A stretch of DNA of 64,000 nucleotides from a virus (taxonomy: Duplodnaviria > Heunggongvirae > Uroviricota > Caudoviricetes), in the IMG/VR virus record IMGVR_UViG_3300006204_000004, positions 62,067 to 126,066 of that record. One strand, 5' to 3'. Positions within the stretch are counted from its first letter, which is position 1, and each line of letters starts with the position of its first letter. Under the pieces are notes generated by a model. The model was not told where the DNA came from and did no database searches. It was given only the letters and a program-made list of their open reading frames with translations. A program made the translations under genes and the position numbers. This document shows positions 50,791-61,249 of this stretch, piece by piece.

Positions 50791-52783
50791 TATTTTGATG
50801 TCGGACTATAAAAGCAGCCACACACAGAACAGCATTTTCTTGGTCTTCCATTATCATTTCCAATGACAGGCTTCTTCCCCTTTGCCTTTCCCTTGCCTCC
50901 CGGCATTCCTCGACTGTGCCGATTGCTCGGTACTGCTGTAATTCTTCTAAATACCCCGCAACTTGTCTATGCTCCCAATATTCCTTTATAAAATTATTAG
51001 AAATATCAGCATTTTCAAGCTCTTTAACTCCATTTAGATGTTCGTATCTCGCGGTTTTTCTTTTACAATGCTCTATTATTTCATCAATTGTCAACTTGTT
51101 CATTCCGCTACCTCCTCGTATAATAAGTTTGTAAGCAAGAAATATTGCTTATGAACTTATTCTTTTTATGTGTATAGTGGTAAGGACATCTAAGAGGAAC
51201 TCCCCTCACCCTGATTCCCGTCTATACAGTTAATAGTTACATTTTCATTTTCCATAATGGTTAATCCTGTGTTATGATATCAGGTAGAGTCTGATGTCCG
51301 AAGGCACTGCTGTTCCTCCATTTCTGCCAGCTTATCCTCGGCTTCTTGGCGTGTGAGGAAAACGGTTTTGCCAAAATAGGTTTTATTAAAAGTCCTTTTG
51401 TTTGTTTCTATTTCTACAAAACCCTCTTTTATAATTATTTTCTTTACAATCTGCCTAGATATATCCTTTTTTACGATGATAAAAATTTTATCCCCAACCT
51501 TACAAGGAAACATTTCCTCATACCTCTTAACCACTTCATACGCCTTTTGCAGTAAGCCTTTGCAAATAAACTTTGTTTCGGGTTTATGGTACTGGCAATC
51601 TCCGCAAGCGTCATCTTCCAAACAACGACTTAATTCATCTGATAATTTCTTTTCTGCCATAACTTCTCCTTTCATTGTTCAATCAAATCAATAAAAGCAA
51701 TATCATTTGCAACCGGCATAACAACTCTTCCGTCAGGAAGTTCAACAATCGCAACAGAATAATTTCCGGGGCCACCGTCACAAAATTCCTCATAATTTAC
51801 ACCCCATTCATGGAAATATCCTAAATCAAATTCCATGCTGTTCCATTTTCCATTTTCATATATGTTGCATTTACCCTTACATCTTCTTAATTTCTCCATA
51901 TCTTTCCCTCTCTTTCTCAAAATGGATATTTTGCAATCCTGCCGATATGCGGGCGGTTAATCTCTGTATATTGGATTTCCACACATATCAATTCCAATCA
52001 GTACACCTTTCAAATCTTCAGCACCTACACCATTTTCATAAAACACACACTTTTCAAAGTCGCATTCTCTGTGTGCGTATTTGCAGTACAGCTTGTTATC
52101 TTCTTCTAACACAAAATCGCAATCCACATCATTCAAAACGGACACCTGCTTTCTTTTAATTCAGCCTTTAATCCCAACCATACTTTTCTCCGTCTGCAAT
52201 AAAGGCTTTTTCTCTTTCTATCGCTTGCGGATTATCTACTTCTCCCCACATTTTAAAAACTCCCATATGACATCATCAGCGTTTGAAAAATCATATTTTA
52301 TTGTTGGTTGCCGTCCGTATGTATAGTTTTTGATTTCTTTATGGTGTCCTCTTATCTGTATTCCTCCTGCGCTTACATCACAGAAATCTATGCCTTGAAA
52401 ATTCTCAAATCCTTTAAGATATTTTTTGATTGTGTTTTCAATTCTAAGCATTTCTTCTTTGTATTTTTCAAGCGTTTCCAATTTGACAAATGGAATCTGA
52501 TAAAATCCCTCACTGTATAATGTATTTCTTCTTTTGCATTCCTTTTCCGCTTCTTCCCAAATGCCAAATATGTTTTCCCAATCCAGATATTGAGCGTATC
52601 CTTCGAATCGCCATCTTAATTCATTCCAAGAATCAATTTCTGCTTTACATGGTTTTATTTTGTATTCTCCGTTCTTTCCGCCTTTTGAACCAACATAATA
52701 GAAAACTTTTCCTTTGTAATATTTCACTAAAAGCCTATCGCTTACATTTCCGTTAAATGGCTTATTCAAACTCTCACTTCCTT

Positions 52784-53502
52784 TCAAAATGGATACAAAC
52801 TTAATTCAACCGTTTCTCCTTCCGCCGCACAGACACATTTAACGCCCTCTCCAACGACATTTTGAACCTCTGGAAAACATTCATCTGGATTTGTACTATC
52901 ACCGCTTAAATGACACAATATGACGGTTCTAAGGTCGCTTGATTTATTCGCCTTTATAAAGTCCTTTACCGTTTCTAACTCCATGTGCCCCGTAGGACAT
53001 GGCTTCTCTTTGCACTATCGGAAATGTATTTCTTCTGATAGTTACAAGAAATCAAGATGTGGTTAATTCCGCTAAACCGCCATTTGACAAGTTCTGTGTC
53101 GGTTATGTAGAGAAGCTTCCCCATGTCCTCGTGCTCGCTTAAAAATCCGTAACAAGGACACTCTGAACCGTCGTTGTTTGTGTGCATGAATTTACCGTTA
53201 TTGTCGGTCAAATCAAATGCTTGTACCTTTACTTGCGAACTGTACTTAAAACTCATAGACTCCAAACTTCTGTATGGGGCAAATATCGGTATTCCCATAT
53301 TCTCAAAGTCCTTAACTGCCTTTGCGTGGTCGCCGTGTCCGTGGCTGACTACCGCACCGACAACATCAGATATATTAAAGTCAATTCCTTTAAGTATTTG
53401 TTTTCTTGCTAAACCCAAATCTAAGAGAAGTATATTGCCGTCATTGTTATATAAGGCGTAACAATTTCCGCTACTGCCAGTGCCGATACATCTAACGAAC
53501 AT
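52784..53502 (-). CDS. Metallo-beta-lactamase-fold hydrolase, apparent frameshift in a C4/G4 run at 52988-52991
   Basis: HxHxDH motif (VVSHGHGDHAKA). Second ORF continues as MELETVKDF...VILCHLS. One extra G on the minus strand fuses them (…LRGHMELET…). Confidence 0.6.
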
Positions 53503-53982
53503 CTAAACCACCTCGCTTTCTTCTGCATATTCCTTAATATTTTATGGTTTTCTTTTTCAAACACTTCTTACATACAAATGTACGTTCATATCTTACTGGG
53601 TGTTCATATCCTTTTGCAAAAACCCGTACCTGCCCTGATATATCTTCAAATTTATACTTACAAAGCGGTTTTTTCTTTAATCTTCAATTTTTCTATACAT
53701 ATAATCGCTTTCTTCACTGCAAGAAATAATTTCTCCGCTTTCAATCTGGACATTCACCCTGCCATCACGAAATCTATATCCATCAACTATTACACCTTGT
53801 TTCCATTCTCCGTTATAAAGAATTTCTGCTCTTTCTCCGACTATGTAAGGGAATTTAAGTTTGTTTTCCATTGAAAAATCCTCCAATCTCATATTATTTG
53901 CGGACTTCTTTCCGAAGAAGTCCGCGAGTGAGTAACGTTACTTTTAGTAGAAATATTTTTATTTTTATTAAATAAAAATAAT

Positions 53983-54549
53983 TTATATACAATATAAAAT
54001 AATTCTATTAGACAATAATGATTCTTTTACAGAAATGACTCGTTGATTTGATGAACCACGCCAATTTAATGATATGTCACGTTGTGAAACTAAGTATCTA
54101 TCATCTATTAACACATCACATTGAGATATAATTTTTTGCCTTTTTAATCTATCTATTGCTGATTTTTTATGAGCTTTAGGATGATATTGACATTTTTGTT
54201 CAAATATGTATTCCCATGTATATCCTGTATATAGCCAAATGGATTTGTATTGCGATGAAAAACGGATTCTATTGACTAAATCCAATACATCATCAATATT
54301 TTCTTCTGCCAGAGGCTCTCCACCAAGGATACTGACCCGTTTTATAAATGGTCTGTTTGCTAGTTCCAAGAATTTATTTTTTACTTCTTCTGTCCATTCT
54401 TTTCCACCATTAAAATCCCATGTTTCAGGATTAAAACAATTTTTACACCTTAGATGACATCCTTGAACAAATAATGCAATACCAATACCTTCTCCATTTG
54501 ATAAATCTAAACTACGAATTTGTGCATATCTCATATTTCTTTTCTCCAT
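53983..54549 (-). CDS. nrdG: Anaerobic ribonucleotide reductase activating protein (radical SAM)
   Basis: CxxxCxxC cluster GCHLRCKNCFN. Sits adjacent to nrdD. Confidence 0.8.
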   Translation of the reverse strand: MEKRNMRYAQIRSLDLSNGEGIGIALFVQGCHLRCKNCFNPETWDFNGGKEWTEEVKNKFLELANRPFIKRVSILGGEPLAEENIDDVLDLVNRIRFSSQYKSIWLYTGYTWEYIFEQKCQYHPKAHKKSAIDRLKRQKIISQCDVLIDDRYLVSQRDISLNWRGSSNQRVISVKESLLSNRIILYCI

Positions 54550-54559
54550 TTAGTTTATT

Positions 54560-55078
54560 TCATATATTTTTATTTTTTTCTATATATTTTCGCATCGAAA
54601 CAATATAATCTTTTGTAAGATCCTTTCTTCTTTTTCCAAGAATTATATATCTTAATCCATTAAAGTTTATATTGAAATCTCTTTTTATTTGTGATATAGA
54701 TTTATTTGTGAATAATACTTCATAAAATACCATATTAAAGTCGCATTCAACCTTATTATATTATTAATTTTTCTAATTGGGAATTTACCAGAATAAATAC
54801 TGTTGTAATAAGAGTTTTTACCATCATAGCAATATTTTCCTTGATTTATTTCATATACACAAGAGGTACTTACTGTATTTACATTTGCAATTTCACCAAC
54901 TTCTAAATCAGAATATAGTAAATCATATACTATTTTTTATAAACTAATTTTCAACACCCAATGTTTTAACATCATATTTTCTAATTGGATATGATATTGG
55001 CGGTTTAAACCATGCATTTCCATCATTAATTGCCCTAATTGTAGTGTTTGTTACATTAAATATTTTAGCGATTTTATA
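54560..55078 (-). pseudogene. Decayed homing endonuclease remnant (tandem NUMOD1/IENR-like HTH modules) between nrdG and nrdD
   Basis: No ORF of 60 aa or more. Fragments IAKIFNVTNTTIRAINDGNAW and SISQIKRDFNINFNGLRYIILGKRRKD in different frames. The first fragment is in frame directly after the nrdD stop. Confidence 0.45.
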
Positions 55079-57367
55079 TTAATCACCTTCCTTATACTCA
55101 TGATCATCTAAATGCACCCACCGATCCATAATTTCCTGAGTCCTGCCCTGGTTCCAATAGTGACTTCCAATATATCCACAGGTACGTCTTGCTATATTCA
55201 TTTTATCTTGGTCACGATTCTTACAATTTGGACATTCCCATACAAGTTCATTATTCTCTTTTACAATCTGAATTTCTCCACTATATCCACATAATTGGCA
55301 ATAATCTGATTTAGTATTTACTTCTGCATACATGATGTTTTCATATATGAATTTCATTACTTCCAGTAAAGCATGAATGTTATCATTCATATTGCTACTT
55401 TCAATATAAGAGATGGCTCCTCCAGGACTCAACTCTTGGAACTTACTTTCTATTTCAAGTTTTGCAAATGGATCAATTTCTTCCCTTACATTTACATGAT
55501 AAGAATTCGTAATGTAATTTTTATCAGTAATACCTTCAATAATACCAAACCTTTTTTGTAGACATTTTGCAAATTTATATGTAGTGGATTCAATTGGTGT
55601 GCCATATAAGCTGTAATCAATTTTTTCTTTCATCTTCCATTGATTGCACTTATCATTTAATGCTCTCATAACCTTTAATCCAAATTCAGTACCTTCAGCA
55701 TTATCAGTATGTGATTTACCAGTCATATATTTTACACATTCATATAAACCTGCATATCCAAGAGATATTGTGGAATATCCATTATGTAATAACTCATCTA
55801 TTGGCTGATGTTTATTTAACCTTGCTAATGCTCCATATTGCCACATAATAGGAGCTGCGTCAGATAAAGTTCCTTCCAATCGTTCATGACGGCACTTGAG
55901 AGCTTTATGACATAATTCTGTACGCTCTTCAAACAGTTCCCAGAATCTATCAAAATCTCCTTCAGACGAAAGTGCTAAGTCTACCAAATTGATTGTAACG
56001 ACACCCTGATTGAATCTTCCATAAAACTTAGGCTGACCATTCTTATCATGCCATACTGTCAAAGCGGATCTGCAGCCCATTACAGGATACATATTCCCAT
56101 TTTTCAATCTCTTCATTACCTTCTCTGACATAAAATCAGGAACTAACCTTTTTGCTGTACACATTGCTGCAAGTTCTGTAAGATACCAATATTTACTGTC
56201 CTCATGGATATTATCTTCTTCTAATACATATAACAACTTAGGAAATGCAGGTGTAATATAAACACCCACTTCATTTTTTAATCCTTCAATTCTTTGTACT
56301 AACATTTCATGTATAATCATTGCCAGTTCTTCTTTATACTCTTTTGTCTCTCCAATATACATGAATACCGACAAAAATGGAGACTGCCCGTTTGTATTTG
56401 TCATAGAATTTAACTGATATTGAAATGTTTGTACACCATCCTGAATTTCTTTCTGCAAATCTTTTTTTGCCCATTCAATAGATTCTTTACCTGCAAATCC
56501 CCATGATAAATATTTTTTTAGATATCTGTTATAGCTATCTCTAACAAATGGAGCTAGGTGTGTTAATGTGATTGTTGCTCCACCATACTGAGATGATGTG
56601 ACTGCTGTAATAATCTGCGTTGCAATTGTCATTGCTGTTAAGAATCTATGAGGTTTTTCAATCAAAGTACCATTTATGACTGTTCCGTTTTGTAGCATAT
56701 CATCAAGATTAATCAAACAACAATTATGCATATGTTGAGCAAAATAATCTGCATCGTGAAAGTGAATAATTCCCCCGTCATGTGCTTGTACTACATCTTC
56801 TGGAAGTAAAAATCTTCTTGTAATATCTGTACTTGTAATACCTGCCAAATAATCCCTCTGAGTCGTTACTACTGATGCACTTTTATTAGAATTTTCTGAG
56901 TTCCAATAATCATTTACTCCATCAATCAATTCAAGAATACTTTTATCTGTCGTATTACTTTCTCTAACAAGTTTTCTTCTATATCTATATTCTATATACT
57001 TTGTAGCAACATCTTTTCTTATGCTTGCCATAAGCTTATTTACTACCTGATCCTGAATTTCTTCCACAGTCATACTTTTATTCAGAGATTCTATGTAATT
57101 TGCAATATCTCTAGCCTTTTCTTTCGCATAAGCAGTTTCTTCGCCATCAACGTCAATAAACGCTTTTAACACTGCTATTTCTATTTTTTCTTTATCAAAT
57201 TTAACCTTACGTCCATCTCTTTTTTGTACTGTCAAATAACTATTTCCTCCACTGATTTTATTATTATATTTGTATAAATATCCCCAATGCCGTTTCCAAG
57301 CATTAGCATAATCATACAATAATTTTACTTTCATCATAAATTTCCATGTATGCAAATGCTCCGACAT
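55079..57367 (-). CDS. nrdD: Anaerobic ribonucleoside-triphosphate reductase (class III)
   Basis: ATP-cone N-terminus. C-terminal Zn ribbon CQLCGYSG...CPNCKN. Glycyl-radical motif RRTCGYIGS. Confidence 0.9.
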   Translation of the reverse strand: MSEHLHTWKFMMKVKLLYDYANAWKRHWGYLYKYNNKISGGNSYLTVQKRDGRKVKFDKEKIEIAVLKAFIDVDGEETAYAKEKARDIANYIESLNKSMTVEEIQDQVVNKLMASIRKDVATKYIEYRYRRKLVRESNTTDKSILELIDGVNDYWNSENSNKSASVVTTQRDYLAGITSTDITRRFLLPEDVVQAHDGGIIHFHDADYFAQHMHNCCLINLDDMLQNGTVINGTLIEKPHRFLTAMTIATQIITAVTSSQYGGATITLTHLAPFVRDSYNRYLKKYLSWGFAGKESIEWAKKDLQKEIQDGVQTFQYQLNSMTNTNGQSPFLSVFMYIGETKEYKEELAMIIHEMLVQRIEGLKNEVGVYITPAFPKLLYVLEEDNIHEDSKYWYLTELAAMCTAKRLVPDFMSEKVMKRLKNGNMYPVMGCRSALTVWHDKNGQPKFYGRFNQGVVTINLVDLALSSEGDFDRFWELFEERTELCHKALKCRHERLEGTLSDAAPIMWQYGALARLNKHQPIDELLHNGYSTISLGYAGLYECVKYMTGKSHTDNAEGTEFGLKVMRALNDKCNQWKMKEKIDYSLYGTPIESTTYKFAKCLQKRFGIIEGITDKNYITNSYHVNVREEIDPFAKLEIESKFQELSPGGAISYIESSNMNDNIHALLEVMKFIYENIMYAEVNTKSDYCQLCGYSGEIQIVKENNELVWECPNCKNRDQDKMNIARRTCGYIGSHYWNQGRTQEIMDRWVHLDDHEYKEGD

Positions 57368-57443
57368 CTATAATTACCATTCCAATAACATTAATCAAAA
57401 AATAGATTTTTATCACTTCTCTTCACACAATGAAACAGGCATT

Positions 57444-57683
57444 TTATGTAGTTTTTACAAATTTATATCCAGGCACCCTAAGTGCTCTTGACATACCAAT
57501 ACCACAATCTGTTTCTAACATACCGCATTCTAGCATTTTATTTATTTGATATTGAATGCTGGATGTGCTTTTGATTCCTGTAATATCGCATAATTCTCTA
57601 AAAGATGGCGAATAACCATGATCTTCTATATAAGAAATTATACTTTGTAAAATATTTTCTCTTGTTTTATCTCCTTTTTTCAT
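57444..57683 (-). CDS. LexA-like winged-helix DNA-binding domain protein (no peptidase domain)
   Basis: Sequence ...ENILQSIISYIEDHGYSPSFRELCDITGIKSTSSIQYQINKMLECGML resembles the LexA N-terminal domain. Only 79 aa. Confidence 0.45.
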   Translation of the reverse strand: MKKGDKTRENILQSIISYIEDHGYSPSFRELCDITGIKSTSSIQYQINKMLECGMLETDCGIGMSRALRVPGYKFVKTT

Positions 57684-57920
57684 AGTTATAATTCTCCGTG
57701 TGAAAAATAATAATGGCTATCTTTTGATATTTCCATTTCCACTATTACGTAAGTTTAATGTCCAGTGTGTAACAGAATCATCAATATTTGCATGTGTTTT
57801 TGCTCTTCGTATATTATTAATTACATATTCTTGTTCTCCTATTGTGGCTGTTACAAAACCATCTGGTTTATTAATAAGTTCTCTTGCTAATTCATGAGTT
57901 ATATTGATGAGGTTTTAAAT

Positions 57921-58396
57921 TCATAATCCCCCCTCCTCTCCATAATAGTTTTTGATATAATCACAAGCATTTGTTAAAGCATTATATCCAGTTTCAATTC
58001 TATCAATCTGAATATATTTCCAAGGGTGAATAAATGATTTTAGACCTTTCTCATTAGTACTAATATGTTCAAAGAATCCTATAATGGGTTTGTTGTGCAG
58101 ATATGCATAAAATATTTCATCATAAGTTTCTACTGAATGTTTTATATTATCGAGATTAACTAGAATAATATTTGATTCCATAATTTTTCTAAGTACAAAA
58201 TTAAATATTTCTTTTTCTTTTTTATCATAATTAGTTTTATTTGAATAATAATCTATGGGAGATATACAGATAAAATTATCAGAATATGTATTAAAATATT
58301 CTTTTACTCTATTACACCACTTTTTTGGATCAGAATAATATTTCATCCCATAAATTTCTAAAGCTCCTGACAAATAAATTTTTTTTCTTCAAATTT
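57921..58396 (-). CDS. Nucleoside 2-deoxyribosyltransferase-like protein
   Basis: Likely TTG start giving MKKKIYLSGA..., an N-terminus typical of the family. RBS GGAGGA upstream. Confidence 0.4.
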
Positions 58397-58961
58397 ATTC
58401 CTCCAGATTTTTTATGAATTTTTTAGCTTTGTCTTTTAGATCGTCTAAAGTTCCATTATTTTCTATAACATAATCGTAGTTGTAATTAAATACGTTTTTA
58501 TCAGACAGATTAGATGTAATTTTATGAATGGAACTTCTTGTGATCAATATTGTTTTCGCATTAAATCTTAATACGGCTCTAGTAATTTCTTTTGGCTCAC
58601 GGATATGTAAAAATAGTAGTATATTTTCATCACTTCTATTAAATTCAAGTACTTTATTTTTCAAACTTTTAAATGGCATATCACAATAATTATTTGTTAG
58701 AGCTTTTAAATCAGATAAAAACTTTCTATCTTTTTCTGTTTTTTCACCATTCCATCCAATTTCTCTAGCAATTTCTTTAACTTTATCTACAGATGAAAAA
58801 TTATCTACTGTATGAAATCTTTTCATAATATCGTTTAGTTCATCAGATACATATTTTACGAAACTATCTTTGCCTACCTCGCCTGAACCATTAATAATAA
58901 ATATTTGTTTGTTCAAATACTTACCTCCAGTGTTTATAACTTGAAATATTTTTAAAGTCAT
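58395..58961 (-). CDS. P-loop (d)NMP kinase-like protein
   Basis: P-loop INGSGEVGKDSF. Confidence 0.4.
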   Translation of the reverse strand: MTLKIFQVINTGGKYLNKQIFIINGSGEVGKDSFVKYVSDELNDIMKRFHTVDNFSSVDKVKEIAREIGWNGEKTEKDRKFLSDLKALTNNYCDMPFKSLKNKVLEFNRSDENILLFLHIREPKEITRAVLRFNAKTILITRSSIHKITSNLSDKNVFNYNYDYVIENNGTLDDLKDKAKKFIKNLEE

Positions 58962-59039
58962 GATGTGTTACCAGTTCATATTCAATTGTGGACTTCCCTG
59001 ATCCAGAAGCCCATAATAAAACAATAATTATATATGCAT

Positions 59040-59717
59040 TTACATTTCCTTCTTCTGTACTCTTCCACAAGACTTCTTCTCTGGACAATAACCAAGATAA
59101 TCACATTTAGGAACAAATAAATTATCTACAATCCATGCCCATTCTTTAGAAACTTTGTATAATGCAGTACAAATATCTCCAAATAATGTTCTGTATTCAT
59201 GGTATGCACGACTACACATACGATTATGTGACATATCTACGAGGTTACGTAAATTCCGTTTATCAACAATTTTGGTAGTCATTCCAAGCGGAAGTAATAA
59301 TGCTGAATCTTCTCTTGGTGTTCCTATATCTTCTAATTCAACAAGAGCTTTATTGATTTGATGAATTGCTTCTGTATAAATTTCATATCTTTTTTCATCA
59401 TTCCTAATACTTTCAGGAACAACATAATCAAATCCGTGCTCATAATCTATGTATCTTGTACTTGCTTGCAAACGTGTAGGCGATCCTCCCAAATGTGTAT
59501 ACCATTCACGGATGACTCTAGCAGAATATCCATCAATAATCATTTCAACATTCACATATTCAAGTGTTCTTCCATGATTAGATGTAATGCAATCAATTCC
59601 ACGTCTATAATTTTTTGAATCATCTGTAATATCCGCTCCCCAACACACTCCTGCTCTTTTACCAATCAAAGTGATTGGATTTTTAGTTGTTTCCTCTAAA
59701 ATAGTTATACTTCCCAT
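59040..59717 (-). CDS. ThyX-like flavin-dependent thymidylate synthase (divergent)
   Basis: Region HGRTLEYVNVEMIIDGYSARVIREWYTHLGGSPTRLQASTRY parallels the ThyX H..LEH...SR...RHR...S.RY pattern. Confidence 0.5.
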   Translation of the reverse strand: MGSITILEETTKNPITLIGKRAGVCWGADITDDSKNYRRGIDCITSNHGRTLEYVNVEMIIDGYSARVIREWYTHLGGSPTRLQASTRYIDYEHGFDYVVPESIRNDEKRYEIYTEAIHQINKALVELEDIGTPREDSALLLPLGMTTKIVDKRNLRNLVDMSHNRMCSRAYHEYRTLFGDICTALYKVSKEWAWIVDNLFVPKCDYLGYCPEKKSCGRVQKKEM

Positions 59718-59772
59718 ATTTACACCTCAAACTTTTTTATATCTTTGATAACCTTGAAATAACACTTTTATT

Positions 59773-60033
59773 TTATATTGTGTCTATTTTTTCAAAAAGT
59801 TCTATGATTGCCCTCTTATTATGAGTATGTGGAATAATATCGACATCTTTTCCAAGCATAGATAATATTCCAAGCATACTTGATGCATCTAAAATACATC
59901 TCCCTCTAACGATGTCAATATCAAATTCCTTTGTATATGGAGTACATATTTCACATAATTTATTTGCGAATTCTGGTGTGCTAATGTGTATTCGCATTTT
60001 AAGTTCTTTATTTATAGATGATTTATTACTCAT
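59773..60033 (-). CDS. HPr-like small protein
   Basis: Weak similarity to the PTS HPr fold (…DASSMLGILSMLGKDVDI…). Confidence 0.3.
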   Translation of the reverse strand: MSNKSSINKELKMRIHISTPEFANKLCEICTPYTKEFDIDIVRGRCILDASSMLGILSMLGKDVDIIPHTHNKRAIIELFEKIDTI

Positions 60034-60097
60034 TTAAACTCCTTTACTATTAATTTTAATGCTGCTACATTGTATTTTTTATGTAGCAGCATTAAAA

Positions 60098-60979
60098 TTA
60101 GTCTTTGGTTACAATAGTATCTGCGCCTTGAACAGTGATCCAGCCATGCTTATATCGTGCTTCTGCTTCTTTCATTTTAATAAGATTGTCTGTAATGCTT
60201 TCTGATAAAATTGTATTTGCTTCTGCCTTTGCATTTGCTTCTGTCACTTTAATGTCAGCTTCGTTTTTTGCTCGGATCATTTTTGTTTCAGCTTCTACTC
60301 TAACTGTCTCCTGTTCAGCTTCTGCCTGCTGTTTTTTCTGCAATGCCGTTACTCTATTATCAATTGCTTGTTTTAGCTTTTTATCTGGATGAACATCGAT
60401 AATAGATGCATCTAAAACTTCTATTCCATATTCACTACTAAATGCATTTCCAAGATAATCAGTCAGTTTATTGTTAATTTCACTTCTGTTACCAGAATAA
60501 ATATCCATCATGCTATAGTTTGTTGTAACTTCAGAAACTTTGGATTTTAATACTGGCTTCACTCGATTATCAACAATTTTTTCTCCATCCATACCTTTAA
60601 ATTTCTTATATGTATTTACTAGCGTATCCTGTTTAAATCGGTATGACATCTGAAAGCTAATAGAGATACTGGCATCATCTGCGGTTGATACTTTAAAAGA
60701 ATCATCTTCTTTGCTTCCTTCTCGCTCATCCTTTGTAAGTAATAACTGTTCATTTCCAATGGTAAATAGTCTTACTTTCTTGGTTGGTGGTACAATATGC
60801 CAACCTTCTCTGATTGTATTATCTTGAACACCACCATTCATTGAAAATACAACGCCTTCGTAACCTGTAGGAATTCTTTTTGAACAGAATGCACTAGCTA
60901 TCATAGAAAATACAATGAAAATTGCGAGGGCTATGCTTCCTACCAACCCTGATTTGTTGTTTGTTGATTTGTTACTCAT
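60098..60979 (-). CDS. SPFH/band-7 (prohibitin/flotillin-like) membrane protein
   Basis: N-terminal TM helix, SPFH core, C-terminal Ala/Glu-rich coiled coil. Confidence 0.7.
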   Translation of the reverse strand: MSNKSTNNKSGLVGSIALAIFIVFSMIASAFCSKRIPTGYEGVVFSMNGGVQDNTIREGWHIVPPTKKVRLFTIGNEQLLLTKDEREGSKEDDSFKVSTADDASISISFQMSYRFKQDTLVNTYKKFKGMDGEKIVDNRVKPVLKSKVSEVTTNYSMMDIYSGNRSEINNKLTDYLGNAFSSEYGIEVLDASIIDVHPDKKLKQAIDNRVTALQKKQQAEAEQETVRVEAETKMIRAKNEADIKVTEANAKAEANTILSESITDNLIKMKEAEARYKHGWITVQGADTIVTKD

Positions 60980-61149
60980 ACTTCTTTTTTCTCCTTTTCT
61001 TCTTTTTTTGTGTTGTCTTTATTTATAGAGTCATTTGCATCATCCCAAAGACGTATTAAAAGTTTTCCAAGTGGTTTAAATGCAAATGCTAATAAAAACC
61101 ATAGTAATATTCCAGCAACAATGATAAGAACTATAAATATAGGATTCAT
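60976..61149 (-). CDS. Small membrane protein (57 aa), translationally coupled partner of the SPFH gene
   Basis: MNPIFIVLIIVAGILLWFLLAFAFKPLGKLLIRLWDDANDSINKDNTKKEEKEKKEV. Its TGA overlaps the SPFH ATG (ATGA). Confidence 0.4.
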   Translation of the reverse strand: MNPIFIVLIIVAGILLWFLLAFAFKPLGKLLIRLWDDANDSINKDNTKKEEKEKKEV

Positions 61150-61249
61150 ATGTGCTTTCTCCTTTTTTATATTTTGTGGTGAGTATTATTCAAGATTATT
61201 GTGTGTATGTTATAATTTTCTATATCAAATACGCCAATATTTAATTTGT

